Part shown: positions 32,672 through 43,444 of the stretch, one piece after another
Layout of the letters: the number at the start of each line of letters is the position of its first letter
Position numbering within the stretch: position 1 is the stretch's first letter
Source of the DNA: Prasinococcaceae sp. CCMP 1430
Lineage: Eukaryota; Plantae; Prasinodermophyta
Length of the DNA stretch: 64,000 nt
Direction of reading: 5' to 3'
Assembly: GCA_013416795.1 (NCBI GenBank)
Contig: RQSC01000630.1
Span: 156,832-220,831, forward strand
Translations under genes and position numbers: made by a program
Notes under the pieces: generated by a model
The model's database searches: none
What the model saw: the letters and a program-made list of their open reading frames with translations, nothing else
Told to the model about the DNA's origin: nothing

Positions 32672-32789
32672 NGGGCGCGGCGCCGCGGGCGCGCGGCGCG
32701 CGACGCCGCCAGGGCCGCACAGGGAGGAAGGGGAGTTCCAAGGAAGGGAGCGGCGTCCGCGCCCGCCGGAGCAGCGGGGGGGAGCGTCG

Positions 32790-33996
32790 GTGGAGATGGA
32801 GGTGGCGGCCGCTTTGTGGCTGTCTCGGACCGCGCACACGTCGTCGCTCCTGCTCGGAATCTCGCTGGGCGTCGCGTGCCTGGTGATGCTGACGTCGTTC
32901 CTCGCCGTGCTGCGGGGGCTTCGGACGGTCCTCGCCGAGAAAGGCGAGGGACACGCGCCCGCCGCCGCGCCCGCTACTGGGGCGCGTGCCGGCCCCGCGC
33001 CCGCGGCCGTGCAGTGCGCGCCCGCCGGGAAGACCGCCAAACCCAGCGGGGGTGCGCGCGGGCGCGATCCGCCGTCGGCCGCCCCTGCGCCACCCCCGGC
33101 AGGCAGTGCGGCGCTCGCGAACGCGTGCGAGCGCGGTCCCATCCCGGGCCCCAGTACGCCTGGGAGCGACGACGACGTCGGCGCCGACGCCGTGAGGAGG
33201 AAAAAACGCGCCTCGCGCCGGGATCGCAAGGCGGTTGCGAGAGCTGGCGAGCGCGTCACATCGCCGCCCAAGCCGGCGCTTGCCATGTCCAGCACCGCCC
33301 AGACCCCCGACTCCGACGAGTTGCGCTCGCCAAGAAGTAGCGCCAAAAGTGCGCTTGCGAGGGTGACTCCAAGTCCCCCCGCGCCTGCCCAGCCCACAGC
33401 GCGTGCCCCCTCCCGCCCCGCCCCGTCCTCAACCACCCCACCTAGCCGCCCCGCGGCGCCCGAGCCAAAGGCAGGCACGTCGAGCGCGCCGACAAGTGCT
33501 ACCGTTGGGTGTGCCCCCGCGCCCGCCGCCCCAGCCACCAAGATCTCACACAACTCAACAGTCGGCGCCACATCGCTTACGGTGAGACCCGTGTCGCCAC
33601 CGAACGCCGCGATCACGTCAACCGCCCGGCCCGTCGGATGCTCGGAGAGCCCGATGCTCGCCAAGAAAGGAGACGCACCCGCCACCGCCAGGGCCGCCCA
33701 GCGCCCAGCAGCGCCCACCAAGGCCTCGTCGGCGATGTCGAGCGCCAAGAAACCTGAGAAGAGAACGCCGACGATGCCCGGCTCGTCCCGCGAATGGACA
33801 GATCGACCTGGGCACTCCGCCGCGGCGCTGGCGTCGACGTCCTCCAATGAAAGGGGGCTCCCGGCCGTCGGCTCGCCCTCGGCCGCGCGCGGGCCGCTCT
33901 CCACATCGGCTACGAATGCCCAGGAAAACAGAGCGACCCAAGCCGCGCAACAGCAGCCGCGCGAGCGCAGAAGGCGGAAGCAGCAGCAACAGCAGC

Positions 33997-34032
<36 letters not shown>

Positions 34033-34646
34033 CGCGATGGCAACAGCACCAGCAGCTACATCAGGCGCGGCGGCAGCAGCAGCAGCACCAACACTACCAG
34101 CAGCAGCAGCAGCAGCCACACCAACAACAGTGGCAGACGCAGGCTTCCCCGCGCCCGCGCCTGTGGGACGCGCCCGCCACGGCCGCCGCAGCTGCCTTCA
34201 CTGAGGGCTCCTTTGACCATGGCACTCGCGGCGTGCGCGAGCACCTGCGCACGACGCACGGGCCCGCGAGCTCGTCAACTGGCAAGTCTATGATCTGGGA
34301 CTCTCCGAGGAACGCCGCATCTCCGATGGGCGTGCCGTCCGCCGCCGCCGTTGCGACGCTCGGCGGAACCTTTTCGGGCGATGGCGGCACTGGCACGCAG
34401 AGCGGTGCCCATGGTGCTGTCCCGAAACCCCTTAGTACTAGTGATGGCGCGCACGGGTCTTCGGGCCTGGCACGCTGGGCTGCCGCGCCCGCTTTCGTCC
34501 CGCCCCATCGCGGCGGCGCCCGCAGCGCCGCGTCCGGCGGCACGCGCGCAGAGCCGCGGCAGGTCTCTCTGTGGGGCTCGTCCGGCAGCTTCGGCAGCTT
34601 CGACCTCAAGAACGCCGAGGGTCTCCTGCCGAGCAACCTCCTCTGA
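32790..34646 (+). CDS. Hypothetical single-TM, disordered Pro/Ser/Ala-rich protein with poly-Q; possibly 5'-truncated
   Basis: 618-codon ORF; TM LLLGISLGVACLVMLTSFLAVL; CAG repeats at about 33980-34140. Confidence 0.6.
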
Positions 34647-36710
34647 TCCGACAGGCTCGGCCAGCAGTCGCCGCTCCTTCGACAGGTTGCTGCCTCCGCC
34701 GGACGAGCTCGCGCGCGCTGCTGCCGCCGCCGGTCGACTCACATAGTAGTGTGTAACCGTTCACCCCCAACCGAACCGGCCCTCCTCCCCCGGCGGCGCT
34801 CGCTCGCCGCGCGGCGCGCGCTCCGCGGCGCGCTTCGCCGCGCCCGCGTCGGCGTCTTGATCTTTGATTGACGGGGGGAATCAGTAGTGTCACAGATTGG
34901 TTGGAGATCGTTCGGGATCGCGCCGACCGCGTCGCACTCTTCCCCGAGCTCGGGGCGCCGCGCGGATCTGGATCCAAAAGCGTCCTCCCATCTAAAAAAG
35001 AGATCTGACGCAGCCCGGCAGATACAGTCGTACTGATGGCACTAACTGTCTGCCCAACAGTCGGACAGATGTCATCATGTCATCACATCAGATGGTGCGG
35101 TACAGTACGATCGATGCACGTCTTTGTGAGCTCGGCGTGGGCCTATGTCTGGTCTCAATCGACCAGCCGGGCGGGCGGGCGCCGCGCGGTCGTGTTTATC
35201 CGCTTTCGCGGCGCGCGCGCGCGCGCGCGCATGCGCTTTTGATGGCGGCCGCGGATATTTCCGGCCGGGGCGCGCGCGTGGCGGCGGCCGCAGGCGCGTT
35301 GCACCGCGACACAAAATTGGTTCTGTACATGGGGGCACGCGCGCGCGCGTCCTCGCCGCACGTCCCCACCACCGTCCGTCGTCGTCCCCGCGCGCGCGCG
35401 CGCGCGCACCGTGCGAATTGCGAAAACCGCCGCCAGACATTAGGGTAAAGCGCAGCGCGCCTTCTTCTCCGATGACAACAGTCCATATTCACAAACCCTC
35501 ATTCGCGAGCTGGTTCAGGTTTCGCACGCCGAGATCGAGAAAGCGCCCGAGATGAAAAGCGCGGGCGCGGACGCGGCAGGCAGGGGCCACTTCGGAAAGG
35601 GCGGTGGGCGAGGGAGGGGCAGACGGCGCGCGCGCCGAGTAACGACCTCCTCCGCCTCGCAGCTCGATCGGGTGGGTGCGAGCTCGACGCGCGCAAGCGC
35701 GGTGTGGGCACATTGTGACAGACACTGTACCGCGGACGGGCGACGAGGGCATGCTTGTGCGCGTGTGAGCAGCAAGTTGAAGCGGTCTGGATGCCGTCCG
35801 CAACTGGGACAACGCGGGCGCCGCCACGGGTGCGCCCGCGTGGCACACCGGCCGCGGGTGGGAGCGCGCTTGTGTGCACGCTGGCTGGCGGGGCCCGGCC
35901 GGCCGGCGCCGCGGCTCGAGCCAGAGCCAGGGCCAGAGCCAGAGCCCGCGCTCGGCTGGCGACCGACGCGACGCGGAGATCGGATACTCCCGCTCGCGCC
36001 CCCCGCTCTCTCCAGCGCAGCTTCCGGTGCTGCGCTGTCTGCTGGCAAGTCGTCGCCCGGGTGGCTGGGCCAAGGCCAGGCGGGCAGGCGCGGCGGCGGC
36101 GGCCGTGCGTCGGCGCTAGAGGCTAAACCCGTACTCTGCCCGCGCGCTGCTGACGGCCTCGGAAGATCCGATCTCGGATCTCTCGGATGGATAGGATTAG
36201 GATGGGCGTCGGCGGGATCCCGCGCCGCGCGCGCGCCGACGCCGGCCGCGAAGCGACCCGACGCATTCGAACCGATGGTGGAATTGAGTCGCCCGTGGGT
36301 GTATTTTGACTGCGAGGGTTTCGGGTCGCGCGCGGGGCTCGGGGCGCGCGCGGCGGGAGCCGGCCCGGCCCGACGGTCGACGCGGACAGGCGAGAGCTGC
36401 GCGCGAGGGCGCGCGTGGTGCTGCAGGCTCCGTCCGACGCGGTCGCCGACGGTGGAGGCGGCGGGGAGCGCGGGACTGGCGGGCTCGGTGGGGGCTGCCC
36501 AGGAGCGCGTGGCTTGCTCGGGTGCAGCGCGAGGGGGCTAGGTGAGGCGGGCGGGCTCGTGGCCGAAGACTGCGCATTGGAAGGCGGGCGCCGCGGCACA
36601 CGCGTGGCGTGCCGGCGCACGGTGCGTGCAGCAGGTCGGGTCGGCGAGGGCGGTTTCGAGAGCGGAAGTGTGCGCCGTGCACGACAGCGGGCGCCTGCGC
36701 CCACGGGCGG

Positions 36711-37379
36711 ATGAGGGCAGCGATGGTATGTGCAATGATGGCACCCTGCGGCGCACGGGCCGCCCGCGCGCAATCCGCCGCCCAGGCCCGCGCCGGGGCC
36801 CGCCCCCCGCGCCGGGCGCGCGTCGTCGCGATGGCGACGCGCCGTTCTGCGCGCGAGCACGTCGTGCTGGTCTCCACGCTCGTGCCGAAGGAGGGACACG
36901 AGGCCGAGCTGCGTGAGCTCTGCGACGGCGTCGTGCACTGGGCCGCCAAGTCCGTCGGTGAGCCCCACAGCGGCGTCGAGGAATTTTACGCGCACAAGGA
37001 CGAGTTCGACGAGGGCGTGGTGCACTTCTGGCAGCGCTTCACCGGGCCCGACGCCATGGGTAAGCTGCACAACAACGTCGTGTACGCCTCTTTCCTAAAA
37101 AAGGCGTCCGACGTACTGCGCGAACCCATGTCTATGGGCATGTATCGCTATCTCGATGGCAAGATCAGCTGTATGATGCACCCCTACGGTCCCAAGGGTG
37201 AAGGCGGCGTCGACGACGCCACGGGTCAGGCGGGCATGGCGGGCGGCGCCGGCTACCAGCAGCACGTCAAGGTGGACATCACGGCAGACGTCAACCGCGA
37301 GGAGGAGAGCGGCGGTCGCATCTGGACGGGCGTCGTCGGCAAGATGAAGGGCATCCTCGATGCCGTGCAGACCTCGTGA
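36711..37379 (+). CDS. ABM (antibiotic biosynthesis monooxygenase-like, dimeric alpha/beta barrel) protein with putative plastid transit peptide
   Basis: Ala/Arg-rich leader ..ARVVAMA, then VVLVSTLVPKEGHEAEL..FYAHKDEFDEGVVHFWQRF..AMGKLHN; strong coding codon bias. Confidence 0.7.
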   Translation: MRAAMVCAMMAPCGARAARAQSAAQARAGARPPRRARVVAMATRRSAREHVVLVSTLVPKEGHEAELRELCDGVVHWAAKSVGEPHSGVEEFYAHKDEFDEGVVHFWQRFTGPDAMGKLHNNVVYASFLKKASDVLREPMSMGMYRYLDGKISCMMHPYGPKGEGGVDDATGQAGMAGGAGYQQHVKVDITADVNREEESGGRIWTGVVGKMKGILDAVQTS

Positions 37380-37657
37380 GCGCACGCGGAGACGCTACCT
37401 TACCGCGTCGCCAGCGCCTCGGCGAGCGCACGCGGGGGTGGGCAGGCGCACGCCTCGCGCGCGGCCGTGTGGTGGCGCGCCTGGCCGAAAGGGCGAGCTT
37501 AAGACAACGTCCACTTCACAGGAGCGCCCTCTGCGATTCGCACGGACGGACAGCCATCTGCATGCGCGCGCGCGCAGCCCAGCGCGGTGCACAGCGCACT
37601 TGCGCATCGCTTTTGCACCGACAGCTGTGCCTCCCGCCGTCCATGTTGTCGATCTCC

Positions 37658-40225
37658 TCAGAGCTGCACGAATTCCCCGTAGCACTGCTGGCGCAGCTTG
37701 TAATATTCCTCGGACAGCGCGCCCTCGAACACCACGTGCTGCGGGTTTTGCTTTGCAACGCGTACGAGCGGGCCGCACTTGAGGGTGCCGGCGTCGAATT
37801 CGGTTGCCACACCCGACTTCTCAAGCGACTGCTTGAAGTCGCCCAGCCGCAACTCGCCCAGAAAGACTGCCGGGTGGTCACGCTCGCTCTCCATCGGCCC
37901 GAGAAGGAAAGGGGCCTGAGCCCTGGCCGCCTCGGCGGCAGCGTCGGCTGCGGCATTTGTGGCGGCAGCGGCCTCCTCCTCGGCCTCAGCGACGGCCGCG
38001 TCCGCCCCGTGCACGATGCCATCCACGCGCGCCACATCGCAACCGCCCACGCGCGTGAAGCGAGTGTCGCGCATGAGCGCGTCCGTGAGCTCAATGCGGT
38101 ACATGGCCGTCTGGCTGGTGGTGTCCACGGTCTGCATGACGTGCGGAGCGTGCACGGTGTCCTTCTCCGCGGCGATTGAGAGGCAGTGAGCTGTGAGCGC
38201 TCTTGTCTCGGCAGGCGTTCCACGCACGACGATCACGTTGAAGGGCGCCACGTGGCTCAGAATTGTCTTGAGCGAGCGCAGATCGCTCAGTCCCTCGAAT
38301 GCCACCTGGCGCACGCTGCATCGCGGGTCGAGCGACACCGTGCGCCGCTCGACCTTCGTCGGTTTGGCCGCCCTCGCCTGCGGTGCGTCTTGCTGAGCCC
38401 CGCCGCTGAACGCACGCTCGAAGTCCATATCCGGCTCCTCTACCCCAACCCCGCTGCCAGACGGCCCCGCGTTCGCGTCCGCGCCCCCGGCGTTGTCGTC
38501 CATGACGACGTCCTCCCCGCCGGCCTGCGGAGCGGGCACCGCCATGTGCGTTTCCCTGTTCTCGTCCCAGTCTACTGGTTCTCCGTACTCGTCCGCATCG
38601 GCAAGCAGCGGCTCGTGGGAGAACATCGGCTCTCCACCCTCGGTGGGCGCGATGCCTTCGAACAGCACCCCACCCTGGCGGTATGTCTCGTGCGCGATTA
38701 CACCACCGAACATGGAGCCGTGTGCGCGCACTACCACCAGCGGCGCGTCCTCCCCAGCAGTTTCGCGGCGCTCTCTGGCCTCGAGCGCGGCCAAGCGAGT
38801 GAGGTTGCCCTCCCCCGTACGCACGAGCGTCACGGGCGGCGCGTCCTCCTGCGGTGCTGGCGCGGCGCCCTCCATTTCGGGCCTCGATTCATCCCCCTCC
38901 GGACCCTCCTCTGCCGCCGCGGCGGCTGCTTCCGCGCGGGCCTTCTCGTACTCCACGAGCTCGGCGCCCTCGAGCTCCTTGCGCTCGCTGAGCGACATGC
39001 GCAGCGCATGGCGTGAGGCGACGTGCGCGCGACGAGCGCGCTGCAGGACCTCCGCGCCGAAGGTTCCCTCTTCCGGGCGCGACGTGAAGAGCACGAGTGA
39101 GCGCGGGTCGGCGGACCACTCTGCAAAGAGCTGGCGCGCGTAGCCAGACTCGAGGCTCGCGGGGCTCGTGAGCACCACAGTGGGCACCGGCGGAAGCGCG
39201 CGCAGCTCGGCCAGCGAGTGGCACAGCCGCAGGTGCTGCGTGGCGAAGGGGTTGTGGCGGGAGCTGTCGAAGCGCCGCGTAATGTCGTCACTCATCCACT
39301 CGAGCTGCGACTTAGCGAACTCCATCGTGTTGTATGCAACGCTGGTGAGTAGCACTAGACTGTAGTTGCCAAGCCGCTGGTCGCGCCACGCCGACTCGAA
39401 CGTCATGATAAGCTCGAGCATGCGCCCAGCAGTGTCGCTGAGAACGAGCGCGTTGCCGTCCTTGCGCACGCACTGCAGCACCTGCTCGACGATGGCGCCG
39501 CTCGCGTTTCCGCCTCCCCCCCCCCCGCCGCCTGTACGCATCTTCCCGCCGTCCGGCGACGCCGCGCGCGCGCCCGTGATGAGCAACGTTGGCCGGCGCA
39601 GCTCGTCAAGCGTAGTGCCGTTGAGGTGCTTCTCCCTGCGATGGTTGTAGTCCACCGCGTAGATGATCTCCTCTGCGTCCTTGGCAATGCGCCACACGGT
39701 ACCACCGAGCGTGTGTCCCGCGGCGTGCGGCACGATCGTCACGCCAGCCGCGCGACCGGTCAGGACCGCCTGCTGTGAGTATCGTAGCGTGCGCACGGCG
39801 CTGAACGCAAGATCGACGTCGTCCAGATCGAAGACGTCGAAGTCCTCAAAGGCCTGACGAGACAGGTAGTGATCGTACATGAACATTTGGCCCATCTTGT
39901 GGACGGGGATGGTCGCGTACACTGGAGCGCTTAGGCCGAGCTTGCCAAACGCGTATGGGAGCGCGCCGAGGTGCGCCGTATCTGAGTGCGACAGCAGCAC
40001 CGCATCGATGGGCCCCGCGTCCAGCGCGTCGCGCAGCGGGCCGAGCAGCGCGGGCGTGAACTTGTCATCCCAGCCGCAATCCAGTAGGATGCGGGCTCGA
40101 TCAATCTCGAGCAGGTAGCAGGCAGGGTCGCACGAGTGCACGCCGCAGAGCGGTGTGAAGCGCACGCGCGTCGCCTGCGTGCCCGCGACGACCACAGCGG
40201 CGGGCTTCGCCTCGCTGCCCGCCAT
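37658..40225 (-). CDS. CPSF2: Cleavage and polyadenylation specificity factor subunit 2 (CPSF100), intronless
   Basis: FTPLCG..CYLLEID..ILLDCGW, IDAVLLSH..HLGALPYA, AGHTLGGTVW, YAVDYNHRREKHL, FAKSQLEWM, DEYGE, FEGLSD.RSLK, FEGALSEEYYKLR..Y. Confidence 0.96.
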   Translation of the reverse strand: MAGSEAKPAAVVVAGTQATRVRFTPLCGVHSCDPACYLLEIDRARILLDCGWDDKFTPALLGPLRDALDAGPIDAVLLSHSDTAHLGALPYAFGKLGLSAPVYATIPVHKMGQMFMYDHYLSRQAFEDFDVFDLDDVDLAFSAVRTLRYSQQAVLTGRAAGVTIVPHAAGHTLGGTVWRIAKDAEEIIYAVDYNHRREKHLNGTTLDELRRPTLLITGARAASPDGGKMRTGGGGGGGGNASGAIVEQVLQCVRKDGNALVLSDTAGRMLELIMTFESAWRDQRLGNYSLVLLTSVAYNTMEFAKSQLEWMSDDITRRFDSSRHNPFATQHLRLCHSLAELRALPPVPTVVLTSPASLESGYARQLFAEWSADPRSLVLFTSRPEEGTFGAEVLQRARRAHVASRHALRMSLSERKELEGAELVEYEKARAEAAAAAAEEGPEGDESRPEMEGAAPAPQEDAPPVTLVRTGEGNLTRLAALEARERRETAGEDAPLVVVRAHGSMFGGVIAHETYRQGGVLFEGIAPTEGGEPMFSHEPLLADADEYGEPVDWDENRETHMAVPAPQAGGEDVVMDDNAGGADANAGPSGSGVGVEEPDMDFERAFSGGAQQDAPQARAAKPTKVERRTVSLDPRCSVRQVAFEGLSDLRSLKTILSHVAPFNVIVVRGTPAETRALTAHCLSIAAEKDTVHAPHVMQTVDTTSQTAMYRIELTDALMRDTRFTRVGGCDVARVDGIVHGADAAVAEAEEEAAAATNAAADAAAEAARAQAPFLLGPMESERDHPAVFLGELRLGDFKQSLEKSGVATEFDAGTLKCGPLVRVAKQNPQHVVFEGALSEEYYKLRQQCYGEFVQL

Positions 40226-40598
40226 TGCGGCGGCGTGGGCGCCTGAGCGCGTGGCGGGAGCGGAGCGCGTGAGCGTTCCGGACGTCTCGAACGAAGCGAG
40301 GGCCCAGGCGAGCGGCCTCCGCGGCCGCCACCCGCGCGACCTGCGCGCGGTGTGGGGCCGCCGCCCCGCCCGCGCCTGTGCGCGCGCCCTAAGCCAAAAC
40401 GCAAGGTTTCGGTTGATTGATACGTAGCTCGAGTGTGGGTATACAGTAAATAGGGTTTATTTTTGATGATCGACTGCACACGTAGGACTCCTACGTACTT
40501 CTTGTACAGTAGTACTACTTCGAAGTAGATCGCACCCAGGCACAGGTGCGCGAAGCTCTGGCGCCCGCTGCGTGCGTGGCCGCCAGCGAGCGCTCGCC

Positions 40599-41827
40599 TC
40601 AGAGCATCTGTGGCTTGAGCGCGTGCGACACCTCGTGGCCGAGCGCAAAGAAGCCGGCCAATGTGCATGCAAGCCCTAGATACACCAGTGGCGCTAGCGG
40701 CCTGCCCCTCGGCTCGAAGAAGAAGTAGAACCAGACATCGTACCTCAGGTTGATTGCCCACGCAGGGCACACATACGCGATGCCGAAGAGCACCACGAAG
40801 CTCCAGTGCTCTTTGCAGAAGGTCAACCTGTTGACGAGGACCTGTCGGACTCGCGTCCGACAGTGGGAATACGGGACGACGCACGTCAGCGCTTGCAGCG
40901 CGAGGTGTGGCGAGCACCGACCCACTCGCCACATCTGCACATGCACGCACCTCGATGAGCATTAAGACGGCGTTGAGAGCGTGCGCTGCTAACACGAAAT
41001 GCGAAAAGAAGACCCCGAGCGCATGTTTTCTCCTCGCCGGGTCCTCGATGAGGCGCGTGGCGGGAACCAGTACGAACCACACGACAACGAAAACCAAGAA
41101 GGCACAGGAGAAGCTCTGTGCGTTGCCAGGAGCAGGTGCACGTGCGAGTGTCGGCACGCGGTGGTATCAGCGCACGGTACGCGCATCGCGAGGTTTCGCG
41201 CAGCTGGGTGCGGGGTGCGCATGCCTCGCAGGTTCACGACGGACCTGCTCGAAGACCACCCACAGAAACTTGTGCACAAGCTGAGGAACGACTGTGTCAA
41301 ATGCGAATTCCCCGACCACAAGCCTCACAACTCCAAGCGACCCAGTCATCGAGAAGTAGAGGCCCTGTAGAGTCCAACACCACACCGTGAAGGTGAGGGC
41401 AATCATCGGACCTCGCAACACGAAATCCGACCCATCAGCTCGCGTGAGTATGAAGTGTGAGTGTGTAGACGACACCTGCACGCCGCCGTGCGCGGCGAGC
41501 ATGTGCGTGGCGCTGGGTCAGCGGACTGTTCTTCCACAATCCGCGCCAGCAGCACCGAGCGCGGATCCGAGCATTCAGCATTGTACGTACCTTCCACTTC
41601 ACAGACCACAGGATGGACACCCCCGTGGCGAGCCGCGCCACAGCTAGTAGCGCGTCCATCGCCTGCCCCCCCTCGCCGCGCGCGAGCAGCGTCGATTCTG
41701 CGTTGGCGTGCACCTCCCACATGAGCTGGCCCGAGGCGCCCGCCGAACGAATGCGCTGGATCGCGACGTACGCAACCATTCCTAACATCGCAGCCGTCGG
41801 CGCGAAGCCATCCGGCACGAGCGTCAT
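40599..41827 (-). CDS. Multi-pass membrane protein (FAR-17a/AIG1 or rolling-stone-like), about 4 exons
   Basis: Spliced segments ALTFTVWCWTLQGLYF, FLWVVFE, FLVFVVVWFVLVP, AHALNAVLMLIE, VLFGIAYV..WFYFFFEP; GT-AG introns between them. Confidence 0.7.
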
Positions 41828-42330
41828 CCCCCTCGCTGCTGGCGCCGCCCGGGTCCGCCCCGTACGGCCCGCCCCGTACGGCCCGCCCCCGCTCCGCCCC
41901 CAAAACGCCCGATACTGCGGCGCCCACCCTGCACGGCTGCCGCGCCGCTCGGCGGCGCTGCGATCCTTCCCCCCTCCCCTCCCCCCCCCCCCTCTACACT
42001 CAGGCGCCCCCGCCCGCAGACGGTGTGGCGCGGCGGCGCGCCCGCCCGACCACGCATGATGCTGCAGCGTGCACGACAACGTGTTACGATTTTCTTTCAT
42101 ATGAACTTGCTCGTGCAGAGACGGTGTTTTGTGCTGTACGTGCCTGGCCATTTCTCTGCGGATGCGCATCGAAACGCACTGCGCGTCCGGGGGCTGCGCG
42201 GTGACAGGATCCACCTCGCCTGGGTCGCGCCAGTTTATGGATGGGGCTTGCTCGCTGTGGCCGTACTTCCAAGTGGCTTTCATACGCACGCGGAGCTTCA
42301 AAAAGCTCGTCGTGGAGAGTGCGTAGTAAT

Positions 42331-42360
42331 CTACCATCAGATGGTAGTGTCTGATGGTAG
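42331..42360. promoter_or_regulatory. Perfect 17-bp palindrome CTACCATC-A-GATGGTAG plus a third half-site; best copy of a recurrent intergenic motif
   Basis: ctaccatcagatggtagtgtctgatggtag in the divergent spacer between the 41827 and 43445 genes; related copies in other spacers. Confidence 0.55.
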
Positions 42361-43444
42361 GTTGGGCAAACGACGGTGCACACGCTGCATGGCGTGGAAC
42401 CGTGCATTTATTTTTCGGTCGCGACGCGCCGGGCTTGGCAAGGCGAAGTGACGAGCAGAGTTCGCCAGCATTGCGTTGGATTTGGCCAGCGGAGCTCCCG
42501 CGACCACGCGCGCGCCGCCCGCTCGCGAGCGCGCGGTCACCGCGCAGCGCTCGCGAGCCTTATCATACAGGGGAACGGGAACATTCCGAATGCCGCTTTG
42601 CGATTCTGCGACGTGCTGGCCGCTCGCACTCGTCGGTCGGATTCGGATTTTGTTGGGCGCGGTCCGCGAAACGCCCCATCGCACCGCACCCGGCGCGCAG
42701 CGGAAAAGGAAACGGGGAAACGGCCCCGAAAAAAAAAAACGGAAGACGCACCATCGCGCCGGGCGTGACGTGACGGACCGGACAGGCGAGGGCATTTTAG
42801 ATTCGCGCGAATTGTGTATGGTTTATTTTTGTAAAATAAAATACTTGAATAAAACTGCGGCCGGCGGGTGGGTCGGTCGGTTCCCCCAGCCGGCGAGAAC
42901 GGTTCCCCCGGACCTGTCTTTCCGACCGGCCGACGGAGGCAAGCAAGCGGCCGCGGCGGCCCCCTGCCTGCAGGAGCGGCGGCGGGCCACGGCGCGGAGC
43001 AGCGTTCCCCGCCCAGCTGGACGCGTACGAATTCGGCGCGCGCCAGCGAGGCAGGAAGGGGCAACAGTCAGGGCTCGCCTGTGGTCCCACCGCCAGCCAG
43101 AGCGGGTGTGCGCACGCGCAGGCAAGTGGGCGCGCAGGGTGCGTGCGACAGGGTGGGCAGGGCGGTACGACGAGAGGAGGCGGGTGCGTCACAAAGGCTC
43201 GACCAAGCGCGACAGCCAGGTCGGAACAGTCAAAGGTTGGACCGGCGTTGCCGCGCGCGCCAGGGGGCGCGCGAAAGACTGCGTGCGTCCCGCAGCGGGA
43301 CGCTCGCGGCGCACGCAGGCGCGCGCGCGCTCGCGCTCGCGCGCCTGCGCCAGCGCGCGGGGGCAGCAGCCCCTCTCGGGCCAGCGCCATCTTGGAGTGT
43401 AGAGCGCTGGCGCGGCAAGGGTCGCTGCACGCGCAGGCGCCGCG

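Noticed and set aside
31918-32886. CCT7 with novel N- and C-terminal extensions
   Set aside because: The extensions are non-coding sequence and read-through past the N at 32672.
34860-34885. GATTGACGGGGG resembling an SSU rRNA conserved motif
   Set aside because: The match is only about 11 nt and the flanks are not rRNA-like.
35490-36135. AAACCCT and CTAAACCC words as a telomerase RNA template
   Set aside because: Too short, and no supporting promoter or pseudoknot evidence was visible.
41828-42337. N-terminal extension of the AIG1-like gene from ATG 42337
   Set aside because: It passes through GC-rich promoter-like low-complexity DNA with no protein-like features; ATG 41827 is preferred.
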